53,402 nt of DNA, taken from positions 1-53,402 of IMG/VR virus record IMGVR_UViG_3300017782_000022. One strand, written 5' to 3'. The notes under the pieces are model-generated. The model was not told where the DNA came from, made no database searches, and saw only the letters and a list, made by a program, of their open reading frames with translations. The translations under genes were made by a program, and so were the position numbers. Position 1 is the first letter of the stretch. Every line of letters begins with the position of its first letter. Origin of the DNA: a virus. Positions 9,925 to 17,120 of this stretch are shown in pieces.

Positions 9925-11421
9925 CTACATTGTCAACCAGTCAAGCACTGTTCTAGATTTTTTTTGTACAGCATTCGGGTCAAAATCTGCTTTAGGAACT
10001 CGACAGGGTTTATGGCCATCAAGTGCGTAATATATAGCATCCATTACATCATCATGCTTGCCTTTTGGGTAAGATAAAAATTCCTGCTGTGCTGGTAAAT
10101 CTTTTGGTCTAAAGTAAAATTCTCCCTTTGCCAACATAGGAACGAGCGATATGAGCCTTTCGCTCTTCTTATTCCTTGGTTTTATACCTTTTTCTAATCC
10201 GGGAATATATAAATTTTGCTCTAACATGGTTTTTCTAACTTGTTGTCGTAAAGCCTCCTGATAACCAGTAGTTTCTACTTTCATTCTTTTTGGTCTGAAT
10301 TTCTTGAATATGTCAATAATAGTGTCTGGCTGTAAAGCTGGATTAATCTTATCACGGAATATATCGACAATATACTTATTACCATCAGCATCAACAGCAA
10401 TTGTGGCAATAACAAAAAAGTCACTACGAGCAGTGAGTGAAGAAGCTGGGTCAATTCCTGAATAGAGCTCGACTGGTAAGATTTCTTTTGTTCCATCTAT
10501 TGTCCTTACGAGGCATGACTGCCCCTGTATTCGTTCATGGGAATAATGATGTAGCTTTACATACTCAGGTTTAAAAGGCGCATTGTCAGGTGCTTGAGCC
10601 TCATTCATATATTCTTGAAAAAAGCCATTTAAGTTTCCTACACCCTCAAACTCTGCTTTAATGTTGTCAATTCTTGTCATTGGGAATCTACTAGGCCATA
10701 TAGAACTTCCATCATCGTTTATAATAGAATACCAGAGAACTTTCCATGCAGGCGATTCTTTTGCCCAATATAAAAAACAATCTTCAGAAATAACAGTCCC
10801 AATCATAATAATACGTCCATCGTCTGATAGGGATGGTATGACTGCTTCAGTCATCCATTTACGATTCTTAGCTCTTGCTTCTGGAGTAGCGGCGTTTAAT
10901 TCAGATTCGAAGTCATCAACAATAATAAGATTAGGACGAGTATCACCTTCAATAAAACCCCTAACTCTTTGACCCGTTCCAACTGCAATTATTCTTGTTC
11001 CATTAGATAGGACGATGTCATTCCCAGTCCATCTTTTAGCTGTGCTAGGCCCCATATCTCCGAAGAGTCTTCTGTAAGTATCCGAATTTTCGAGATGGTA
11101 CTTAATCCTTGAGAGGAAATTAATTGACTGCGTCTGACTCTCGGAAATGATAACAATAAACAGGTCTTCATCTTCAGGTTTAAATGCAGTACGCCACAGT
11201 GGGAGTATTAATGATGATACAGTAGACTTAGCAGTGCCACGAGGAGCGGCAACCAATACTCTGGGTACTTTAGGGTTCTGTAAATTCTTATATACCTCTG
11301 TATGAAAAGGTGGAATCTCAGCCTTAAGAGCAGTGGGAAAGCATATTTTCCCAAAGAGTCCCATAGACTTATAAAACTTCTTAAGCGTTTGTCCCAACTC
11401 ATACTTTGCCTCATAATCCAT
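9925..11421 (-). CDS. terL: Terminase large subunit
   Basis: Walker A VAAPRGTAKST and Walker B LIIVDDFESE in the N-terminal half. ~500 aa, followed by the portal gene. Confidence 0.9.
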   Translation of the reverse strand: MDYEAKYELGQTLKKFYKSMGLFGKICFPTALKAEIPPFHTEVYKNLQNPKVPRVLVAAPRGTAKSTVSSLILPLWRTAFKPEDEDLFIVIISESQTQSINFLSRIKYHLENSDTYRRLFGDMGPSTAKRWTGNDIVLSNGTRIIAVGTGQRVRGFIEGDTRPNLIIVDDFESELNAATPEARAKNRKWMTEAVIPSLSDDGRIIMIGTVISEDCFLYWAKESPAWKVLWYSIINDDGSSIWPSRFPMTRIDNIKAEFEGVGNLNGFFQEYMNEAQAPDNAPFKPEYVKLHHYSHERIQGQSCLVRTIDGTKEILPVELYSGIDPASSLTARSDFFVIATIAVDADGNKYIVDIFRDKINPALQPDTIIDIFKKFRPKRMKVETTGYQEALRQQVRKTMLEQNLYIPGLEKGIKPRNKKSERLISLVPMLAKGEFYFRPKDLPAQQEFLSYPKGKHDDVMDAIYYALDGHKPCRVPKADFDPNAVQKKSRTVLDWLTM

Positions 11422-11435
11422 ACTTCTTCTTTTTT

Positions 11436-12269
11436 TTATACAGAAGCTTCTTGGCCGCTTTCTTTCGAGGATTTGGCTTTTTCTTCACCTTCTCTTTTCT
11501 CCGGTAATTTTTGTGGCTCAATTCTAACCTCCGTTTGATGCGCAGTTAATTTACGCTCTTCTTCAGCAATGTCACTAATCAATCTTTTTGTCTCAACTGC
11601 TTCTAAAGATTGTGTAGTAACTGTCTTTTGCTTTTCATTCATTCCATGTAAGTCCATTAACTTCTCTGCGGCTCTCATAAGATTAGTAACATCCTTCTTA
11701 TTCTTAGCCATTTCAATAGTTTCACGCAACAAATCCATTGTTGTATCAGCTGTTAAGTCATGATTTAACAATAGCTTTTGCAATTCTTCTCTTACCATTG
11801 ATTTAAATACCTCCGATTTCATATGCCGTTTCCATTTTCTATTTGTTCTGGGGTCTGTTGAACCCAACGCCATATCGATTGACAAATTATAATCCATTGT
11901 TTGAGCGTAGGCCATAGCTAGATTCTTCATCTTATCTTGACCTGCCCTAACCTCTAACTGAGACTTACCACTTAAAGTGTGCGGAGTCTTTCTTCCTTGC
12001 GCATTTAACTTTGTATTCTTGTATTTAGGCTGGAATATATGATACCCCCAAGGGAATCTAAGGTAAATACTATCTGAACCTGAAGCTTTGTGGGGATATT
12101 GCTTCTTAGAAATTACCAAAGCAACTACTTCATCATCTGAAAGGGCGTATTCTCCTGCGTTTACATCTTTCCAGTGTTTGTACGGTATACTAGACTCATC
12201 TGCCTCTTCTTTTGTGTAAATACTGTACCATACTTTACCTTGTTTATGGTTGACGGGTATTTGATACAC
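11436..12269 (-). CDS. Hypothetical protein; possible terminase small subunit by position
   Basis: 277-aa ORF directly upstream of terL with a helical, charged C-terminal half. No motif recognised. Confidence 0.35.
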   Translation of the reverse strand: MYQIPVNHKQGKVWYSIYTKEEADESSIPYKHWKDVNAGEYALSDDEVVALVISKKQYPHKASGSDSIYLRFPWGYHIFQPKYKNTKLNAQGRKTPHTLSGKSQLEVRAGQDKMKNLAMAYAQTMDYNLSIDMALGSTDPRTNRKWKRHMKSEVFKSMVREELQKLLLNHDLTADTTMDLLRETIEMAKNKKDVTNLMRAAEKLMDLHGMNEKQKTVTTQSLEAVETKRLISDIAEEERKLTAHQTEVRIEPQKLPEKREGEEKAKSSKESGQEASV

Positions 12270-12667
12270 TAGTCAAGCAGTTCAAAATGCACTAAATCAT
12301 CAAAGGAATTATCCTTAGTTGTGCGTTGTCCCTTAAATAGACTTGAAGCATTCCAGTCCCCGCCCCAGCGAACTTTTACACCCATCTTTGCGGCTACAGC
12401 TAACACCCATCCACCTAAGTAATGGAAATCATCACGAGCATTCCAGTCAATAGGATATGGAGCAATATCAACAGCCCTACCCTGAACGTGTTTCCCGAAT
12501 TTAGTCTTACTTTTACCTTGTTTAACCAGTTCATTTTGCCTTTCTTGGCTTCTTAAGCCCTCTATTACTGTGATATCGAAGTTTTTTACAACCTCATTTA
12601 GTACATTTACAAGTTTTGAGTCTACTCCTTTGAGTCTTTCTCTACTTTTTTTACCAAATCTTGGCAT
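12269..12667 (-). CDS. Peptidase M15 family endolysin (VanY / L-alanyl-D-glutamate peptidase-like)
   Basis: Zn-ligand motifs typical of M15 cell-wall peptidases: KHVQGRAVDI (HxxxxxxD) and DDLVHFEL near the C-terminus. 132 aa. Confidence 0.8.
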   Translation of the reverse strand: MPRFGKKSRERLKGVDSKLVNVLNEVVKNFDITVIEGLRSQERQNELVKQGKSKTKFGKHVQGRAVDIAPYPIDWNARDDFHYLGGWVLAVAAKMGVKVRWGGDWNASSLFKGQRTTKDNSFDDLVHFELLD

Positions 12668-12768
12668 TAGTACTTCTTTTTTGTCCGTACCATCTTTTGT
12701 CCGGACTTTTTTGCGGCTTGCTTAGCCTTCTTTACTGTCTTATACAATTTCTTTCCTACTTTTGGCAT
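12667..12768 (-). CDS. Tiny lysine-rich protein (33 aa), below the ORF-track cutoff
   Basis: Hand translation: MPKVGKKLYKTVKKAKQAAKKSGQKMVRTKKKY*. AGGAG lies 7 nt upstream of the ATG at 12768. The stop overlaps the endolysin ATG (TAATG). It overlaps the 3' end of 12740..12934 in another frame. Confidence 0.45.
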   Translation of the reverse strand: MPKVGKKLYKTVKKAKQAAKKSGQKMVRTKKKY

Positions 12769-12934
12769 TTTCTTGCTCCTTTTTTGTTTTAAACCACTCA
12801 GTAACACTGAGATAAAGCTTTTCTTGGTTCTCTTTTCTACTAAATTTTTCTAAATTACCCATATCTTCATACAATTTCTGGTAATCTAGTGTACCTACAG
12901 GCGTAATATATTTATCATAGCTATGCATAATCAA
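12740..12934 (-). CDS. Hypothetical small protein
   Basis: 64-aa ORF, ATGA-coupled to the upstream ORF. Confidence 0.6.
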   Translation of the reverse strand: MIMHSYDKYITPVGTLDYQKLYEDMGNLEKFSRKENQEKLYLSVTEWFKTKKEQENAKSRKEIV

Positions 12935-13131
12935 GGATAAAATATAATAAAGTCTGAAGTAGTGGAATAATTAGAATCTACAGTGTCTTCGTGTATCTTA
13001 GCAGTCTTTTTATTGTCTTTTGACCACACTAGCTTTCTCCATAAAGATACACCTTTACTGTCTCGCTTACGAAAGCGCTTTAGATTATGTGGTTTTGTAT
13101 AGTATTTTACTTTTGGAATTAAGACCGTCAT
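12931..13131 (-). CDS. Hypothetical small basic protein
   Basis: 66-aa ORF preceded by a 131-nt gap that contains a promoter-like element. Confidence 0.55.
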   Translation of the reverse strand: MTVLIPKVKYYTKPHNLKRFRKRDSKGVSLWRKLVWSKDNKKTAKIHEDTVDSNYSTTSDFIIFYP

Positions 13132-13211
13132 AACTTACTACTAGCAGTACAACTGCTAGACCCATATACTTGTTATAATCAACGATTTATACTCTCACTC
13201 GTACTGCTAGT

Positions 13212-13239
13212 ATACTACCATTTATAGTATACAAGTCAA
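13212..13239 (-). promoter_or_regulatory. Sigma70-like promoter candidate for the leftward block
   Basis: Minus strand reads TTGACT (13239-13234), a 16-nt spacer, then TAGTAT (13217-13212). The host is unknown, so the promoter model is an assumption. Confidence 0.25.
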
Positions 13240-13262
13240 GTGATTTTTAAAAAAATTAGAGA

Positions 13263-13463
13263 TTAAGGTAATAAAACAAGTCGTTCATACTTTAAATGCT
13301 TATAACAATAGGTTGAACCTTCAAGCAACTCATTAAAGTGATGGATAGTACCTGAAGAATCAGGAACCTCATAGAACACTGTATTAACCTCATCTAACTC
13401 GTTATCATTAACAAGACAAGTTACACTAACTATACAAAAAGTTATTAAAAAATAATTTATCAT
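13263..13463 (-). CDS. Hypothetical small protein with hydrophobic N-terminus
   Basis: 66-aa ORF and first gene of the leftward block. N-terminus MINYFLITFCIVSVTCLV looks like a signal peptide or TM segment. Confidence 0.55.
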   Translation of the reverse strand: MINYFLITFCIVSVTCLVNDNELDEVNTVFYEVPDSSGTIHHFNELLEGSTYCYKHLKYERLVLLP

Positions 13464-13532
13464 AGGGCAAAGTTACGCATAAGAGACCCTTTCTTAAAAA
13501 TTGTTTTACATTGAGAGTGCATGATATACACT

Positions 13533-13653
13533 GCACCCGTCCCGTTCAATTTTCACGGGGTGGGGTGTCAACTTCGTTGAAACCGCTCGTTACAGCTGAC
13601 AGTCCCAGTACAATCCGGTAGGTTGTACTCTGCCTATCCCAGAGCCACTGTCA
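13533..13653. ncRNA. GC-rich multi-hairpin element in the divergent control region (candidate structured RNA/leader or hairpin promoter/origin)
   Basis: Helices traced by hand. (1) 13533-13568 forms a ~12-bp stem, with the CCCGU/ACGGG core extended by G-U pairs and CCC/GGG. (2) tgacagt 13597-13603 pairs with actgtca 13647-13653. (3) That pair encloses agtacaa 13607-13613 paired with ttgtact 13623-13629. No ORF with an RBS. Confidence 0.3.
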
Positions 13654-13773
13654 TCTTAACTCACTCCCCACTCCGCTCAATCTCCGTGACGTTGGTGCGA
13701 GAGCCCGCTCTAACTGTGCAGTTATGATTGGTTTCATTACTGTATTTAATCCATAACAAAGGGAAACAACATT

Positions 13774-14112
13774 ATGTCTAAAGCAAATACAGGTACATTC
13801 ACCAATACTTATAAGGGCAACACTAATAACAGGGGTGAATTTATCCATGATACTGATACAAACGGTAAATGGATAAAGACACATAACCTCAAAATGGTAG
13901 GGCCTGAGGGATACACCATGCCTAAATCATTGACAAAGAAATACATCAAAGATTCAGTCATTGATACATATGGTGATACTATCCTAGTACAGGAAAATAG
14001 CAACTATATCCTAGTAAGCTCTTCATCGATGGAGCGTAATGAAGACAAGGATTTAGATGCCTGTACTATGGGGTGGTATAAGCCTCAAAGAGCAGAGGTT
14101 AAGTTACCGTAA
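13774..14112 (+). CDS. Hypothetical early protein
   Basis: 112-aa ORF and first gene of the rightward block, followed by an intrinsic terminator. Confidence 0.65.
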   Translation: MSKANTGTFTNTYKGNTNNRGEFIHDTDTNGKWIKTHNLKMVGPEGYTMPKSLTKKYIKDSVIDTYGDTILVQENSNYILVSSSSMERNEDKDLDACTMGWYKPQRAEVKLP

Positions 14113-14133
14113 GGTTGCTCTAAGTCTGTAAGG

Positions 14134-14158
14134 CCCATGCGTATGTATGGGTTTTATT
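14134..14158 (+). terminator. Intrinsic terminator
   Basis: cccatgc (14134-14140), gtat loop, gtatggg (14145-14151): a 7-bp stem with one G-U pair, followed by ttttatt. Confidence 0.6.
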
Positions 14159-14159
14159 A

Positions 14160-14700
14160 CACGGAAAGTAAATGGGGCAGTTGTTTGACTGTCTCATTTG
14201 TTTCGTTTATATCATTATAATTAAACTGAATTAGATGGATGAAATGGTAGTGTTACTAGGCCAAGTAATGATACTGTTGTAATGTAGTCTTTGAGATAAT
14301 TCCTATTGGAACTAATGCGGGAATCAAAGGCTGATGGATGGGGTATACCTCATAGTTGTTAACCTAAAATCAATGGTTCGCATCACACGAAAGTGTCATC
14401 AAGTAAGTAGAGAACACAAACGTAGAGCGTTTAACCCGTTAATCAATATGCGAGGGAAAGTCATCCTGAATCATATAATAGTGAAAGCAATGTGCATAAG
14501 TAAATGTAAGTTTACAATGTACAGTATGGTAGCCAAGAGAGCTGTGGTGTAATACCCCTAATGCCATTTATTGTAATGATAACACTATGATTGCGTGAGT
14601 CGAAAGACCAAGAACAAATGACTCTCTATTGTAGGGTAGGTACTATAAAACTGTACTACTACAAATCCTGCTACATACATCCATCTATAATATTAACCAT
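14160..14700 (+). ncRNA. ORF-free ~0.55-kb stretch; candidate large structured RNA
   Basis: No SD-preceded ORF. Several local hairpins, including GAAA-capped ones (acac-gaaa-gtgt near 14385, gtc-gaaa-gac near 14600) and gttact-aggcca-agtaat near 14253. Visibly less AT-rich than the flanking genes. Confidence 0.25.
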
Positions 14701-14730
14701 AACGTAAACAGTAATTAACTGGAGGACACT

Positions 14731-14907
14731 ATGTCAAACAAACCTGAAAGTAAAGAGATAGTAATATCTCGTAACGCTACTATGGAAATGGTAGTTATTA
14801 AAACACCACTTATTGGTGTAAAGACTAGGACAGGCAAACAAGCCTATTCTAGTGTTACTAAGCATCGCAAGATTGCTAAGAAATCCAAAACCAACAAAGG
14901 AGAGTAG
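14731..14907 (+). CDS. Small basic early protein (58 aa), below the ORF-track cutoff
   Basis: Hand translation: MSNKPESKEIVISRNATMEMVVIKTPLIGVKTRTGKQAYSSVTKHRKIAKKSKTNKGE*. GGAGG lies 7 nt upstream of the ATG. Confidence 0.6.
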   Translation: MSNKPESKEIVISRNATMEMVVIKTPLIGVKTRTGKQAYSSVTKHRKIAKKSKTNKGE

Positions 14908-14908
14908 T

Positions 14909-15127
14909 ATGTTTAAATGTACACCTGAAACATTAAGAGGACTCGTCAATGATGTTGTCTTCTGGAGCAAACACACCAATGGGAAGAGAGTTCCCAAGTC
15001 TATGGTAGTGAAAGCTATAATAAATGGTAATGCTAATAAGCTGAGACAATATGTTGTCAATGCTAAGTCAAATAAAGGCATTTCACTAAAACCCGGCTGG
15101 CATAAACCAGCGCAACCAAAGGAGTAA
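14909..15127 (+). CDS. Hypothetical early protein (72 aa)
   Basis: Internal ATG of track ORF 14852..15127 (MFKCTPETL...). AAAGGAGAG lies upstream, and the ATG is 1 nt after the previous stop. Confidence 0.6.
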   Translation: MFKCTPETLRGLVNDVVFWSKHTNGKRVPKSMVVKAIINGNANKLRQYVVNAKSNKGISLKPGWHKPAQPKE

Positions 15128-15130
15128 ACT

Positions 15131-15277
15131 ATGATTGTTTTTGACATACCACAATGGCTAGTATGGCTGTTAACGTCTGGTATTGCTTTTTGTTTTTGGG
15201 CTATAGCTGTTGCTGTAACCATGATGATAGGCAGTTTTGTCAATAAGACCATTTACCAATGGTGGACAAATGGGTGA
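15131..15277 (+). CDS. Small membrane protein (48 aa)
   Basis: Hand translation: MIVFDIPQWLVWLLTSGIAFCFWAIAVAVTMMIGSFVNKTIYQWWTNG*. GGAG upstream. One hydrophobic span. Confidence 0.5.
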   Translation: MIVFDIPQWLVWLLTSGIAFCFWAIAVAVTMMIGSFVNKTIYQWWTNG

Positions 15278-15413
15278 CTATCAGAGTATTATGCATGAGG
15301 TTCTAGCAGACGCATTAGCAGAGCTAGAACTTCATAAGGTTAACAAGCCTAAAAAGAAGAAAGTCAAGAAAGGCTTTACAATTAAATCATATAAAGGAAA
15401 GGTAATTAAATGA
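15270..15413 (+). CDS. Small basic early protein (47 aa)
   Basis: Hand translation: MGDYQSIMHEVLADALAELELHKVNKPKKKKVKKGFTIKSYKGKVIK*. Overlaps the upstream stop and is ATGA-coupled to the next ORF. Confidence 0.45.
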   Translation: MGDYQSIMHEVLADALAELELHKVNKPKKKKVKKGFTIKSYKGKVIK

Positions 15414-15634
15414 TTTCTTTTAACAAATATGTGGACGAGTCAGTTGCTCGTTCTAGAACAGTGTGCAATATGGCGAAAGCTATAGCAGTATTACTTAAGT
15501 ATAAAAGTAAGAATAAGCACCTGCCAAAGAGTTTCCGTCTTAAATGTGAGCAAATGTTAGCCGAACATCACGCCGCTATCCACGATGGAAAAGGTCAGAC
15601 AACATCGCAATGGTATGATTATTTGAAAGAATAA
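15410..15634 (+). CDS. Hypothetical early protein
   Basis: 74-aa track ORF, ATGA-coupled to the upstream micro-ORF. Confidence 0.65.
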   Translation: MISFNKYVDESVARSRTVCNMAKAIAVLLKYKSKNKHLPKSFRLKCEQMLAEHHAAIHDGKGQTTSQWYDYLKE

Positions 15635-15684
15635 TTAACTGTTGCGTAAATGTATTATTTTTAATATATTACAAATGCTGGCTC

Positions 15685-15965
15685 GAGGGGGCGAATTGCT
15701 CTTGGAAAAGACAACGGAGAAATACCGTCATCTGCTTTTAAGTAGAAATGTTCGTCCTCTCCCTAAATATTAGCCTATCATATCTCCTGCGACTCAATGT
15801 ACCGAAATCTAGATTAAAAACACTAACAGCATCGGTGTGTTCTTTGAGCGTATACAGTTAAGATTAAATGATAGGCTAAAAATATTAGTAAACCTTTCCT
15901 TTGGCGGGGTATAGGTTTTCATAAGGTTTTTGTTTTTTCCTTATGTTTAGATTACCCCGCTTTCA
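15685..15965 (+). ncRNA. Candidate structured RNA (3' UTR/ncRNA) ending in a nested terminator-like hairpin
   Basis: Long-range helices traced by hand. gagggggcg 15685-15693 pairs with cgtcctctc 15753-15761 (9 bp, 2 G-U). ttagcctatcat 15770-15781 pairs with atgataggctaa 15868-15879 (12 bp perfect, plus 4 more bp after a 3-nt bulge). No ORF. Confidence 0.35.
15904..15965 (+). terminator. Nested hairpin, terminator-like
   Basis: Outer stem gcggggta 15904-15911 pairs with taccccgc 15953-15960. Inner stem cataagg 15920-15926 pairs with ccttatg 15939-15945. Followed by tttcaat. Confidence 0.45.
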
Positions 15966-16147
15966 ATAAATAATTAAACTTGCAATTACTGCGTTATTAC
16001 AGGAAATGTAATGTTAAATATCAAGTGAACACCCGTTTTACTAAGTGTGATTTGATATGGCCATTACTCAGAGTGGAGTGTAAAGCCTATTCCCTCTACT
16101 AACAATACCCAGAGCGTAAGCGCCAAAGTGAGTTAGGGACAGTAATA

Positions 16148-16234
16148 ATATGATAGAAGGTTGAAGCCAGCACATAATAAAACCGAGTGCGTGAACCATT
16201 AACGTGGACAAAAGCCGGACATCTTCTATCATAT
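16148..16234 (+). promoter_or_regulatory. Structured 5' leader of the radical-SAM/Ubl operon
   Basis: A perfect 12-bp helix pairs atatgatagaag (16148-16159) with cttctatcatat (16223-16234) and encloses 63 nt. It ends 22 nt before the ATG at 16257. Confidence 0.4.
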
Positions 16235-16256
16235 TGTGCAACAAACTAGAGGTACT

Positions 16257-17111
16257 ATGTTAAAACCAATTAATCGTAAATCAATGAAGATTAGAGCATC
16301 AGGTAGAAGCTCTGATTTTATTAGTCCATCATTTGGGTTCGGTTGTTTATTAAATTGTTCTTATTGTTATATGAAGCGTCATATGAAAGAAGGATTAAAC
16401 TATGCAACAAACTTAGATGATATTTTATTAGCCATTGACAATCATGTCAAGAATGTATCAATTAATAAACCAAATCAAACAGACCCCGACTATATTACAT
16501 ACGACATTTCATGTAATGAAGACTTTGCACTACATAGTAAGTACTATGATTGGCAATATATATTTGAGTACTTTGTTTCACATGACAAAGCTAAGGCAAC
16601 ATTAGCAACTAAGATTATACCAAATAATTTCTTATCATATGACCCAAGTAATAAAGTTCGTATAAGATTCAGTCTTATGCCGCAGAAACTTTCATCTGTG
16701 CTAGAACCTAATACAAGTTTAATCTATGATAGGCTAAAAGCAGTAAATACATTTATAGATGCAGGTTATGATGTTCATCTAAACTTCTCTCCAGTAGTAG
16801 TTTACGAGGATTGGTTGCATGAATACTCTAAGTTGTTTGAACAGGTAAATTCACTTGTAAGGTACAAGGATAAAGTAAAAGCTGAGGTTATTTTTTTAAC
16901 TCATAACAAGAATAAACACGAATACAACAAGCAAGAAAGCCTAGGTGATGAAAGTTTGTTATGGCAACCAGAGATACAAGAAGCAAAAGTCTCACAATAT
17001 GGTGGTGATAATATCAGATATCAATGGGAATTAAAAAATCAGTTTATACATCAATTTAAAACACTACATAACAAGATTATACCTTGGAATACAATAAGGT
17101 ATATCTTTTAA
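16257..17111 (+). CDS. Radical SAM enzyme (cluster motif resembles the spore-photoproduct-lyase/COG1533 type)
   Basis: CxxxCxxC motif GCLLNCSYCYMKRH near the N-terminus. ATG 16257 has AGAGG upstream. The track start at 16236 is an in-frame GTG alternative. Confidence 0.75.
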   Translation: MLKPINRKSMKIRASGRSSDFISPSFGFGCLLNCSYCYMKRHMKEGLNYATNLDDILLAIDNHVKNVSINKPNQTDPDYITYDISCNEDFALHSKYYDWQYIFEYFVSHDKAKATLATKIIPNNFLSYDPSNKVRIRFSLMPQKLSSVLEPNTSLIYDRLKAVNTFIDAGYDVHLNFSPVVVYEDWLHEYSKLFEQVNSLVRYKDKVKAEVIFLTHNKNKHEYNKQESLGDESLLWQPEIQEAKVSQYGGDNIRYQWELKNQFIHQFKTLHNKIIPWNTIRYIF

Positions 17112-17120
17112 GGAGGACAC

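Noticed and set aside
13568-13580. Apparent UUCG tetraloop hairpin (tcaac-ttcg-ttga)
   Set aside because: On exact indexing the closing pair would be C-U. It is only a 4-bp stem with a 5-nt loop (or a C-G pair closing a triloop), so it is not a canonical cUUCGg motif.
13651-13884. 77-aa minus-strand ORF spanning the divergent control region
   Set aside because: It has no RBS, overlaps the start of the plus-strand 13774 gene, and runs through the hairpin-rich non-coding region.
14375-14400. tRNA-like T-loop string (ggttcgcatc), plus a general look for tRNAs in the non-coding regions
   Set aside because: The loop does not fit the TTCRANY consensus. I could not build an acceptor, D or anticodon arm around it or around cccgttcaattttcacggg at 13541-13559.
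14334-14552. 72-aa plus-strand ORF inside the ORF-free stretch
   Set aside because: No SD upstream (gctgATGgatg). It is isolated by more than 170 nt from its neighbours on both sides, unlike every other gene in this tightly coupled genome. I treated it as non-coding, at low certainty.
14686-14691. Perfect TATAAT upstream of the micro-ORF string
   Set aside because: The position 17 nt upstream reads aaatcc and there is no extended -10 TG. A single hexamer in AT-rich DNA is not evidence.
14734-15252. 172-aa minus-strand ORF, the longest ORF in the 13.5-16.2 kb region
   Set aside because: It is antisense to four SD-preceded, start-stop-coupled plus-strand micro-ORFs. The product is a hydrophobic low-complexity string and has no RBS. 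It lies on the wrong strand for the surrounding transcription unit.
16223-16256. preQ1-I-riboswitch-like tail (caacaaacuagagg) before the radical-SAM gene
   Set aside because: The upstream hairpin and loop do not fit the compact preQ1-I architecture. The radical-SAM motif (C..YCYM) does not look like QueE. The resemblance is limited to an A-rich run plus the SD.
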